From: Azolla caroliniana | Taxonomy: Eukaryota; Plantae; Polypodiophyta | Assembly (NCBI GenBank): GCA_043228905.1 | Contig: JBHGNT010000013.1 | Location: 558,001-622,000 of the forward strand | DNA: 64,000 bases | Direction: 5' to 3' | In this document: positions 1 through 11,186 of the stretch, piece after piece | How the letters are laid out: each line of letters begins with the position of its first letter | Numbering within the stretch: the first letter of the stretch is position 1 | Made by a program: the position numbers and the translations under genes | Notes under the pieces: generated by a model | Database searches by the model: none | Seen by the model: only the letters and a program-made list of their open reading frames with translations | Told to the model about the DNA's origin: nothing

Positions 1-2467
1 GACGATTCGACTCGAAAGGTGTGGGCTTATCCAATTCGCACCAAAGATCGTGTGTTCTCGATCTTCTCCGATTGGCTCGCTATGGTAGAAAATCAAACCG
101 ACCGAAAACTGAAATGCTTTCGGACCGATAATGGGGGAGAGTTCAAATCCGATGAATTCGTCAAATTCTGCCGACAACGCGGCATCCGACGTGAATTTAC
201 GGCACCACACAGTCCGGAGCAAAACGGGATTGCAGAACGAATGAATCGGACAATCCAAGAACGGATAGTTTCCATGCTCCAACACTCCGGACTGTCGGAT
301 GGCTTCTGGGCAGAGGCTCTACTCACGGCAGTACATAATCAATATGTCGCCAAGTAGACCTCTAGGACTTCAAATTCCTCAGGAACTATGGATCGGCAGT
401 AAGCCGAATTACGACAAGCTGAGGATCTTCGGATGCGAGGCGTACACCCTTATTCCGAAAGATGATCGCCGAAAACTTGCACCTCGGTCCAGGAAATGCA
501 TTTTCCTTGGATATGGATCAGACGGCGCAATGGGATACCGACTCTGGGACCCCGAACGCAGACAAATCGTTCGAAGTTCGGACGTTGTGTTCAACGAGTC
601 GGCTATGATTCCATCAGTCAAAACACCGATCGAAGTCCGAAGGGTAACATTTTCCGATGTGCCGACCCTTCAAGAAGGCCCCGCTCTTAACACACGGTCA
701 GCTTCACGGGTAGCTGCACCTTACACTACCGACTCGGACAACTCCGACTCGGTACAGCCGAATGATTCGCTTTCGGACCATCCGACCTCGATACCCGATG
801 CGACCAGTCCAATCATACCTCGCCGATCCGAGAGACTGTCGCAACCTCCGGAGAGGTATTCTCCTGGAATTTTCTTCACCGACGCCGGTGAACCGACGTC
901 TTACGAAGAAGCATCGACATCTGTCGATTCAGCCACCTGGCATCTGGCGATGGAGTCGGAAATGCACTCCATCCGGGCAAACAAGACTTGGGACCTGGTC
1001 GAATTACCTAGGAACCGACGTGCTCTTCCTTGCAAGTGGGTTTATCGACTAAAAGAGACGTCTGATTCGACCACCCCAAAGTACAAGGCCAGATTAGTTG
1101 CGAAGGGCTTCCGACAGGAATATGGCGTCGACTTCGACGAGATTTTTTCACCAGTGGTGAAAATGACAACCCTTCGTTTCCTACTCGGCGTAGTGGCAGC
1201 CGACAACTTGGAGCTGATTCAGCTAGATGTCAAAACAGCCTTCCTCCATGGTGATCTTGAAGAGGAAATTTATATGGAGCAGCCAAAAGGCTTTGTGGCA
1301 ATTGGCCAAGAACATCTAGTCTGCTGACTCAGGAAGAGTCTATACGGCCTCAAACAGGCACCGCGACAATGGTACAAGAAGTTCGACGACTTCATCCAAT
1401 CGATCGGCTTCTCAAAAAGCGATGAGGACCATTGTCTCTTCACCAACACAGCTCAAGATGGATCACCCATCTTCCTCATCATTTACGTGGACGACATGCT
1501 AATCTCTGGACGCCACGCGGGCGAACTTGCCGAGCTCATTCGGCAACTGCGGTTGAAGTTTGCCATGAAGGACCTCGGTCCGGCACGACACATACTCGGC
1601 ATGAAGATTAGTCGGCATCGCGATAAACGACATCTTTTTTTGTCTCAGACCGACTATATCGGACGTGTCTTGGAACGCTTCAACATGCAATCAGCCAAAT
1701 CTGCTTCAACCCCGCTCCCCATGAATCTTCGGCTCTCTCAGCGAGACTGCCCGACATCTGGTTCGGAGGGGGAAGATATGAAGTCGGTACCGTATGCACC
1801 GGCAGTCGGCTCCCTTATGTACCTAATGGTCGCGACACGGCCTGATATTTCTCATGCCGTAGGAGTCGTTAGCAGATTTATGCATAACCCTGGCCGATCG
1901 CATTGGAACGCAGTCAAGCATGTGTTCAGATATCTGGCTGGCACAAAAGACCACGGCATTCTTTTCGGTCCGAACCGAACCTCAGGCGTAGTCGGTTACA
2001 CCGACTCGGATTTCGCCGGCTGTATAGACAGTCGGAAATCAACAACCAGATACTGCTTCAAATTCGGCAATGGAGCAATCTCGTGGAAGTCGAAACTTCA
2101 GGAGTGCACAGCGACCTCAACGACCGAAGCAGAATATGTAGCTGCGTCCGACGCAGCAAAAGAAGCTTTGTGGCTCGGTCGGCTGGCGCACACGTTTCGA
2201 CAAGTCGACCATGACTCGGCTCCAGTTGTCTACAGCGACAGTCAAGGTGCTGTTGCCTTGTCGAAAAATCCGGTTCACCACAACGCCTCCAAACATATCG
2301 ACGTTCGATATCACTTCGTTCGGGACTGCGTCATTTCAGGGAAAATCAGTCTAGAGAAAATATCCACAACCGACAATGTCGCAGATGGAATGACCAAGTG
2401 TCTTTCGGCAGACCGTTTTCGGTCTCTTCGGCATCAGATGGGCGTAATGACAAACCAGTCCGGTTAG
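1..2467 (+). pseudogene. copia-1 pol (INT-RT-RH), disrupted
   Basis: ORFs 19-357, 299-1327 and 1487-2467. Frameshift near 335. In-frame TGA at 1325-1327 (VC*LRKSLYGLKQAPRQW). Confidence 0.92.
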
Positions 2468-2660
2468 AGCCGGACACAGAGCAGGATGGTTCCCGACAAC
2501 CGACATCAGTTCCTTAATGATCGGCTTCAACTGTTCTGACCCGACCAGTTCGGTCTTCTGCCTTCGGACCCTGCCGACTCGAACAAAGCTGATATGTCCG
2601 AGAACCTAAGTCTATACCTGTAATCTTAGATAACCCATGTATACGCCCATTACGGGGGAG

Positions 2661-2833
2661 TGTCGAATACAAGTGTATAATGGACGTATTCACACTATCC
2701 CTTTGGGCCATTTGTGTAATTAGCATAAAGGGTAGTTGCCCTAAGTCGGTCACTATATATAGTGACCTTGTAACCTTTTTGTAAGGTTGGGGGTTGTATT
2801 ATTGTTTCTATTGAATAGAAAGACTCTTTTGTG

Positions 2834-2902
<69 letters not shown>

Positions 2903-2989
2903 ACGATCTCAGAAACTGTCATACGCAGGTACTCAATCCTAATCGAATACTCTTCTTGATCTTCCGCATAGACGACCTTGTTTCCAACA
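2661..2989 (+). repeat. 3' LTR of copia-1 (329 bp) containing a (CT)n tract at 2835-2898
   Basis: Starts TG right after the PPT and ends CA immediately before gypsy coding sequence. TATA-like CTATATATA near 2752. Confidence 0.85.
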
Positions 2990-5280
2990 ACTCAATGCGG
3001 CTACGGTAACGGATGCGTTTCCACTTCCGTTCACAGATGGAGTGTTGGATGTCGTCGCCGGCCATGAGGTCTATAGCTTTCTAGACGGATTCAGCGGGTA
3101 TAATCAGATCCGGATGCACCCCGACGACCAGGAGAAAACGACATTCGTCACCGAATGGGGGGTGTTTGTGGCCGTGGTGATGATGTTCGGACTCAAAACG
3201 GCACCGGCAACGTTTCAAAGAATCATCATGGAAATCTTTGGTGAATATATACCGGCTTTTATGCAAGTTTTCCTTGACGATTTCGCCGTCTATAGCCGGG
3301 AGGAGGACCATTTTCAGCACCTCCGTCTTTGTCTAGAAAAGTGTAGAGCGTACCGGCTAAGCTTGAATCCGGCAAAATGTGTATTTGGCGTGTCCCGTGG
3401 AACTTTATTAGGACATATCGTGAGCCAGGAAGGTATTGCAGTCGACCCGGACAAAGTGAAAGCCGTATTAGAAGCACCGGCGCCGACAACGGCAAAGGCA
3501 TTAAGCCGGTTTTTAGGCCAGATCCGGTGGCACAGCCGGATGCTCCGATACTTGGCCGACCTGGCTACACCGTTGCATGTCGCCGTACATCGGACACCAT
3601 TCCAGTGGACCGATACTGAGGATAGGGCGTATAAGGCCCTCAAGGTACTATTGTCGCAGGCATCGATAGTACAACCTCCGGATTGGAGTAAAGAATTTCA
3701 CGTGTTCGTGGACACCTCCGACATCGCAATCGGAAGCGTACTAATGCAGCTTACGGAACCAAAGTGGTATCGGCCAGTGTACTATGGCAGCCGGAAGCTA
3801 TCCCAAGCAGAACGGAACTACTCTACTACGGAACGGGAAGCTATAGGAATAATCTACAATGTGACAAAATTTCGGCACTATTTATTGGGAAGGAAGTTTT
3901 CCTTCCATGTAGATCATTCGGCACTCCTTTACCTGGTGTCCAAGGCGTCACTCACCGGCAAATTGGCCCGGTGGACCTTATTGTTACAGGAGTTCGAATT
4001 TGAAATATTCCACCAACCCGGTATACAGCATGCCGTAGCGGATTACTTAAGCCGATTGGAGTTCGGAGAGATGGGTGACGGAGTACCGGATGAGTTTCTG
4101 GATGCGGAGCTGTTTCGAGTCACTACGGAGACGGCAGCAGATGAGACAGTGGCCCAGGAAGACAAGTGGCTGACAAATATGCACTAGTTTCTAAGCACAG
4201 GACTGCCTCCGAAAGAGCTGAACTGGGACGAACGGAAACGCCTGGCGGTACAAAGCCGACATTTCTGCTTACTGCAAGACACACTGTACCACAAGGGCGT
4301 TGACGGCATATGGAGACAGGCGGTGCGCAGCGATGAAAAAGGAACTGATACTGAGGGAAGCCCACTGCGGAGTTGCCGGAGGTCACTATGCCGGAGATGC
4401 GACAGCCAGAAAAATATGGCAAAGTGGCCTATGGTGACCAACGACATTAAAAGATGCGGTACGGTACGCAAAAGAATGTGACCTATGCCAGAGAATGGGC
4501 CAGCCAAAGGAGCAGACTCGTATGCCACACCAGCCGGTACTACCACTCGAGCCATTCCAAAAGTGGGGGCTGGACTTTGTAGGACCGTTCAAGCCACCGG
4601 CAATGAGAACGGGTAATCGGTACGTTATCGTTGCTACGAATTACTGCACGAAATGGGTGGAGGCCAAAGCTTTACGGGATAACACCGCTGCGTCAACGGC
4701 AAAGTTTCTATATGAGTACATCTGGTGCCGTTATGGATGCCCCATTGAATTGATAAGTGACCAAGGGGGGCACTTTCTCGGACAAGTAGTGGAAAGCCTA
4801 ACAACCTTCTATGCCGTGGTCCACAAACGAAGCACACCTTACTATCCACAGGCGAACGGATTAGCGGAATCAACAAACAAGACGCTCCAGAACATCCTTC
4901 GGAAGATCGTCAACGAGAACCGGACGGATTGGGACACAAAGCTACATAGCGCGCTTTGGGCATACCGGACGGCATACAAAACGAGCATCCGAACAACACC
5001 GTTCCGGTTGGCGTTCGGACTCGAGGCGGTCATGCCGATAGAATTTCAAGTACCTAGCTTACGGATCCAGCTACGAGAACGGTTGAACGAGAAGGAGTCG
5101 GAGACAATAAGGTTGACAGCGCTGTGTGAGCTGGAGGAACAACGGTTGGCCAGCATCCTACATTTAGAATTGGAGCAACGGCGACGGAAAGCATTCGTCG
5201 ACCGGCACAGGAAAGGTAACGAAAAAATGTTCGCAATCGGCAAACCAATGCTAGTATTCCAAACCCGGATGGGCAAGATG
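2990..5280 (+). pseudogene. gypsy pol RT-RNase H-integrase, disrupted
   Basis: ORFs 3042-4187 and 4495-. Stop TAG at 4185-4187, frameshift near 4340, TGA at 4435-4437. Confidence 0.92.
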
Positions 5281-5576
5281 TGTTGGGATTACGGTCCCTC
5301 CGGATGGGATGGTCGGATGTCCGGGAATCGGGAATGAAGACCCCGGCTACGGAGCCGGATGATGAAGACCCCGGCTACGGAGCCGGATGACGAATGTACC
5401 CGGAGAGAGATCCGGATGCGGGGACATATTTGTGAATATGTTTGCCAAGGGCCCTTGAGGCTATATTTGTAAATAGCCCAAAAGTCATATGTGTATAAAT
5501 ATGACTTAGGGCAAACAGTTTTATGTTGTTGCTCATTTTTCTGGTTTTTCACTTAGAGAGAGCTAAGTGAGCAGCC

Positions 5577-5608
<32 letters not shown>

Positions 5609-5872
5609 CGAAGAGGTTGTTGCCTCTGTGTACTACCGCCGACTGTGGCGAAGACAGTGAGCTCAAGGTTGTTGCCTTGTAGCTTCACCATTGTACATCT
5701 CTGTTTATACTGATAGTTGGAGTTTGAGGACTCCCGTGGTTTTTCCCATTTAGGGTTTTCCACTTAAAACATCCCGTGTACTCTTCTCTCTATTGTCTTC
5801 GTGCATTTTGTATTTCCTGTTTTCTGTGAGTTGATCCTATTCCTCGGTTGTGGCCGAGCACTGTTTTCAACA
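5281..5872 (+). repeat. copia-2 5' LTR (592 bp)
   Basis: Near-identical to 9988-10545. Carries an extra 28-bp tandem copy (5334-5389) and a longer (GA)n tract. Confidence 0.97.
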
Positions 5873-5875
5873 AAG

Positions 5876-5887
5876 TGGTATCAGAGC
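5876..5887 (+). promoter_or_regulatory. Primer-binding site (tRNA-iMet)
   Basis: TGGTATCAGAGC, 3 nt after the 5' LTR end. Confidence 0.95.
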
Positions 5888-5903
5888 ACGGTTAACACAG
5901 AAA

Positions 5904-8900
5904 ATGGAAGGCGGCGGTAGTGGGCCTCCGGGCATGATGGTATTGAACTCACAGAACTACGCCGACTGGAAGATAAAGATGGAAGACCTTCTCATCGTCC
6001 GAGACCAGTACGAACCGATCGACAATGCCGAGATACCCAAGGGGGTAATAGAGTCGGAGTGGAAGCTTCTGAATCGGAAAGTCGTAGCGACGATCCGGCA
6101 ATATGTCGATGTAAGTGTCCTGCAACATGTGGCGAACGATACGAACGCCTATGAGATGTGGCAGAAGCTGTCCGGACTGTATGAGAGGAAGAATGCTCTG
6201 ACCCGGACCTCCCTGATGAGGAAGATAGTGAATCTTAAGTACCGGGATGGCGAGAGCATGGTCGAACACGTCAGCACGTTCATGGGATTTGTGAACCAGC
6301 TTGCGGCGATCAAGTTCCCGTTGGATGACGCAATGCAAGCCATCATGTTGATGTGTACCCTTCCGGAGAGCTGGGAGAACTTGGTAGTTACTCTCAGCAC
6401 CTCCTATAAGGAAGAGAACTTGTCTTTACTAACGGTAAAGACAAGTATTCTAAATGAAGAAGCGCGTCGGAGAGACAAAGAACCGACCTCCGACTCGAAG
6501 GCGCTGCTTACCGAATCGGAACGGGGAAGACAACGGAACCGGAGTCCGCAAAGACGGGAGAAGTCGGGGACACGGTCGCAGTCGAGGGGAAGACCTACAT
6601 GCTTCTACTGTGGGAAGCCGGGGCACTTCCAGAAGAACTGTCGGCATTTCCGGAAAGACAACGGAACCGACGGTACCGATTCGAAGAAGTCACCGGAGCG
6701 AAACGGTGCATACCGGGGAGCCACGGACCGGAGAGGTCCGGATCGGCGAGGGCAGGACCGGAGAGGAACGACGGCACTCGCGGCAAGTGAAGAAGAGATA
6801 ATGCTCATTACCGAAGAGAGGGAGCTGAACCTTGCCGGTGAAGAGATGACCTGGGTGGTCGATTCCGGAGCGTCGTTCCACCTGACCCCGGAGAAGAAAT
6901 ACTTCTCATCCTACACAGCCGGTGAGCACGGCTGTGTCCGGATGGGAAATGAAGGTACATGCCGGATTGCCGGCATAGGAGACGTGTGGCTGATGACATC
7001 AACCGGATGCAAGATGCTGCTGAAGGATGTCCGACACGTTCCGGAGGTTCGATTGAACCTGATTTCGGCCGGGAGGCTAGATGATGAAGGCTACACGGGT
7101 AGCATCTGGAACGGTGTCATGAAGTTCAGCAAAGGGAGCCTGATAGTGGCTCGGGCCCGGAAGGTCAACACACTGTACCTGATGAATTCCCGGCTATGTC
7201 CGGAGGAGTTGAACGTGGCAGCCGACGCTGCCGGTGAGCTGTGGCACAAGAGACTGTGCCACATGAGTGAGAAGGGGATGAAGAGGCTTGCAGAAGACAA
7301 CCTTATTCCAGTGAAGCATGTGCACCTGGAGAAGTGCACCGATTGCCTGGCCGGTAAGCAGAACCGAACCTCCTTCCACTCAAGGCCACCGACGAGACGT
7401 AGCGCACCATTGGAGTTGGTGCACACTGACGTGTGTCAAGTAGAAACGAAGTCACATGGCGGAGCCTAGTACTTCGTGACATTCATTGATGACCACAGCC
7501 GGAAGCTGTGGACGGCACCGTTGAAGACAAAGGACCAAGTGTTGTGCGTCTTCAAAGAACTCCACGCGAGAGTGGAAAGGGAATCCGGCAAGAAGCTGAA
7601 AGTGATACGAGCGGATAACAGAGGGGAATACCGGGGGCAGTTCCAGGAGTACTGTCGCTCGAAGGGAATCCGGCTGAAGTTTACTGTGCCGAAGACGCCG
7701 GAACTGAACGGGCTGGCCGAGAGGATGAACCGGACCATAATGGAGAGGGTCCGGAGTATGCTGGCGCATGCGAAATTACCCAAGGGGTTTTGGGCTGAGG
7801 CAATGTCGACGGCGACATACGTGATAAACAGATCACCCTCAGTACCTTTGGACGGAGACACGCCGCAGAGAGTGTGGACCGGTAAGGAAGTGTCCTACCG
7901 GCATCTGAAGGTGTTCGGGTGTCTCGCATACGTGCATGTGGCAAAGGACCGGAGAGGAAAGTTAGATCCAAAGACCCGGCCATGCATATTCCTCGGTTAC
8001 GGCGACGACGAGTTCGGCTACCGAGTATGGGACCCGGTCGACAAGAAGATATCCTGGAGTCGTGATATCATCTTCATGGAGGACAAGACACTCGCCGACT
8101 GGGAGTCGGAGAAGAAGATGAAGAGCTCCAAGTCGACCGGTGAGGATCAACTCTACGAAGAGCAGTCCCGACCGGCAAGGGACCGGTTAGCACTCGAGGA
8201 TCCGGCCGAAGACGGTGAAGAAACAGAACCGGCCGAGGAAGATGAAACTGATATCGGAACCGGCCCCGATCCCGAAATGGATTCGGATGAAGAGGAAACG
8301 GAGGAGTCGGTTACCGAAGCTCCGGAACGGAGATATCCTCTAAGAGAGAGAAGGGCCCCCCGGAGATTCCCAGAACCAGAGCACGTGCTGCTAACCGACG
8401 AGGGGGAGCCGGAGAGTTTTGAAGAAGCAAAGCTTGACACCCATAGCCGCAGGTGGTTGAGTGCCATGCAGGAGGAGATGGATTCCCTGCATGAGAACCA
8501 CACATATGAACTTGTGGAGTTGCCGAAAGGAAAACGGGCACTTCGAAACAAGTGGGTGTTCAAGCTGAAACTGGGAGATGCCGGAAACCCCCCGAGATAC
8601 AAAGCCAGGATCGTGGTGAAGGGGTTCCAGCAGAAGAAGGGCGTCGACTTCGACGAGATATTTGCCCCGGTAGTGAAGATGACCTCCATCCGGACGGTGC
8701 TGAGCATAGCGGCAAGTATGGACCTCGAGGTAGAACAAATGGACGTGAAGACGGCATTCCTTCACGGTGACCTCGAAGAAGAGATCTACATGCAGCAGCC
8801 GGAAGGATTCGAGAAGAAAGGGAAGGAGCACCTGGTATGCCGGTTGAAGAAGAGCCTTTACGGACTGAAGCAGGCTCCCCGGCAATGGTACCGGAAGTTC

Positions 8901-9977
8901 GACTCCTTCATGACCGACGAAGGGTACCACAAAACGCAGTCCGATCACTGCGTGTTTGTGAAGAAGTTCGAAGGAGGAGACTTTCTAATACTCCTCCTGT
9001 ACGTGGACGACATGTTGATCGTCGGACGGGACCAGGTCAAGATACGGATGCTGAAGAAAGCGCTTCACCGAACCTTCTCAATGAAGGACCTGGGTCCGGT
9101 GAGGCAAATACTAGGGATGCACATCATCCGGGACCGGAAGAAGAAGCAGTTGTGGCTGTCACAGGAGAAGTACGTGACAAAGGTGCTTCACCGGTTCAAC
9201 ATGTCGGAAGCAAGATCAGTCGGTTCAACCCTCCCGGCAAACTACAAGTTGTCCAGCAAGCAAAGCCCCAAGACAAAGGCTGAGAAGGAGGACATGATGA
9301 AAGTACCATATGCCTCTGTCGTCGGAAGCTTGATGTACGCAATGGTGTGTACAAGACCGGACATAGGATATGCAGTCGGAGTGGTGAGCCGGTACATGAG
9401 CAATCCCGACAAAGAGCACTGGAACGCGGTCAAGTGGATACTCCGATACCTGAAGGGCACGGCAAACGTGTGCCTCCGATTCGGCTTCGGTAAGCCCGAA
9501 CTCGACGGCTTTACCGATTCGGATATGTCGGCTGATGGAGATACCAGCCGGTCCACATCAGGGTATGTGATGACGTATGCAGGGGGAGCTGTTTCGTGGC
9601 AGTCGAGGTTGCAGAAGACGGTTGCATTGTCAACCATGGAGGCGGAGTACATGGCGGCTGTTGAAGCCAGCAAGGAAATGATATGGATGAAGGACTTCAT
9701 TAGAGAGCTCGGTATCCGGCAGGAGGAGTACCGACTCTACTGCGACAGTCAGAGTGCCATCCACCTTGCGAAGAACGCGGCCTATCACTCCCGGACGAAG
9801 CACATCCAGCGAAGATATCACTGGATCCGGGAAAGGATAGAAGACCAGGAGTTCGTGCTGACGAAGATCCACACGGACGAGAACGGGTCAAACATGCTGA
9901 CCAAAGTACTCACACCCGACAAGCTGGAAGCGTGCCGGAAGAAGGTCGGACTGGAAAGACATCCCATGCCGAAGTGA
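5904..9977 (+). pseudogene. copia-2 gag-pol polyprotein with one in-frame stop
   Basis: Gag (WKIKMEDLL), CCHC knuckle (CFYCGKPGHFQKNC), protease (DSGASFH), GAG-pre-integrase (WHKRLCH), INT, RT (YVDDM), RH. ORFs 5850-7469 and 7476-9977 share one frame and are split only by TAG 7467-7469. Confidence 0.95.
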
Positions 9978-9985
9978 AGGGGGAG
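9976..9985 (+). promoter_or_regulatory. Polypurine tract of copia-2
   Basis: GAAGGGGGAG overlapping the pol stop codon, 2 nt before the 3' LTR. Confidence 0.9.
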
Positions 9986-9987
9986 TT

Positions 9988-10545
9988 TGTTGGGATTACG
10001 GTCCCTCCGGATGGGATGGTCGGATGTCCGGGAATCGGGAATGAAGACCCCGGCTACGGAGCCGGATGACGAATGTACCCGGAGAGAGATCCGGATGCGG
10101 GGACATATTTGTGAATATGTTTGCCAAGGGCCCTTGAGGCTATATTTGTAAATAGCCCAAAAGTCATATGTGTATAAATATGACTTAGGGCAAACAGTTT
10201 TATGTTGTTGCTCATTTTTCTGGTTTTTCACTTAGAGAGAGCTAAGTGAGCAGCCGAGAGAGAGAGAGAGAGAGAGAGAGACGAAGAGGTCGTTGCCTCT
10301 GTGTACTACCGCCGATTGTGGTGAAGACAGTGAGCTCAAGGTTGTTGCCTTGTAGCTTCACCATTGTACATCTTTGTTTATACTGATAGTTGGAGTTTGA
10401 GGACTCCCGTGGTTTTTCCCATTTAGGGTTTTCCACTTAAAACATCCCGTGTACTCTTCTCTCTATTGTCTTCGTGCATTTTGTATTTCCTGTTTTCTGT
10501 GAGTTGATCCTATTCCTCGGTTGTGGTCGAGCACTGTTTTCAACA
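9988..10545 (+). repeat. copia-2 3' LTR (558 bp)
   Basis: TGTTGGGATTAC...TTTTCAACA, followed by TSD AGATG. Confidence 0.97.
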
Positions 10546-10811
10546 AGATGCTAGGTAAACTAAGGTTTAGATGGACCGGACCATATTGGATAACACGGGA
10601 GTATAATGGGTCCTACCAGTTGGGGACACTTGCCGGCGAAGTGCTGGGCAAATGGGTCAATGGATTCTGGTTAAAGGCATATAGAGGACCGATGCCTAAG
10701 AACCCGTTGGAGCAAAGGACCGACGGCAACCACCAAGACGGCAGAGACGGCAAGCCGGGAACCGGAGAGAATCAGGCCGGTAAGGGTCCAGGAGGACCAA
10801 CGGACATGTGA
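10546..10811 (+). pseudogene. gypsy integrase C-terminal (GPY/F) segment
   Basis: Removing copia-2 and one TSD copy restores ...RMGKMLGKLRFRWTGPYWITRE... in frame to TGA at 10809-10811. Confidence 0.92.
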
Positions 10812-11186
10812 CGTCACACGAATAATAATAATAACTGAAAAAAAAAAAAAAAAACAATCATGCAAAAGCGAGGAATGAATGGATGAAAGAGTGTGGAGCG
10901 AAAAGGTACGTAGTGGGCATTTAAAGCGCCACCACAAGACATAATGCTATTTTAAGTACGCGACATGCACAAACTCGAAAAAGGCGCCAAAATGCATAGA
11001 CAAAAACCATTGCGCGTAGAGACCCTCTATTTTCGCGAACCCAGGAGCACAGAAGCACTGAAACGCTGCAAGATCATCAGATGAGAACCTGCGCACAGAG
11101 AACCCCCGCCTTCTGAACTCTCTCTTTCTCAACCCCGCTCTCATCACCATCCATCCTCGCCACCGCAGTCCGACCCCGACACAGAT

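Larger units (their letters stand above)
1..2989 (+). mobile_element. Ty1/copia LTR retrotransposon (copia-1), 3' part; inserted into the gypsy RT
   Basis: Domain order integrase (RTDNGGEF, PEQNGIAERMNRT), RT (QLDVKTAFLHG, YVDDM), RNase H (KHIDVRYHFVRD, ADGMTK). PPT GGGGGAG 2654-2660, LTR TGTCG...CCAACA. Gypsy RT codons resume at 2990. Left end is outside the window. Confidence 0.95.
5281..10545 (+). mobile_element. Complete Ty1/copia element (copia-2, Tnt1/Tork-like), 5265 bp
   Basis: Two LTRs (TGTTG...CAACA), 5-bp TSD AGATG (5276-5280 and 10546-10550), tRNA-iMet PBS, PPT and full gag-pol. Confidence 0.98.

Noticed and set aside
5289-5763. Duplicated minus-strand ORFs (MKNQKNEQQ..., MENPKWEKP...) also at 9818-10436
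   Set aside because: They are simply the two LTR copies read antisense, with no protein-like features.
7467-7469. TAG as a programmed gag/pol read-through
   Set aside because: It lies inside the integrase core (GGA*YFVTFIDD), not at a gag-pol border, and fits a CAG>TAG mutation.
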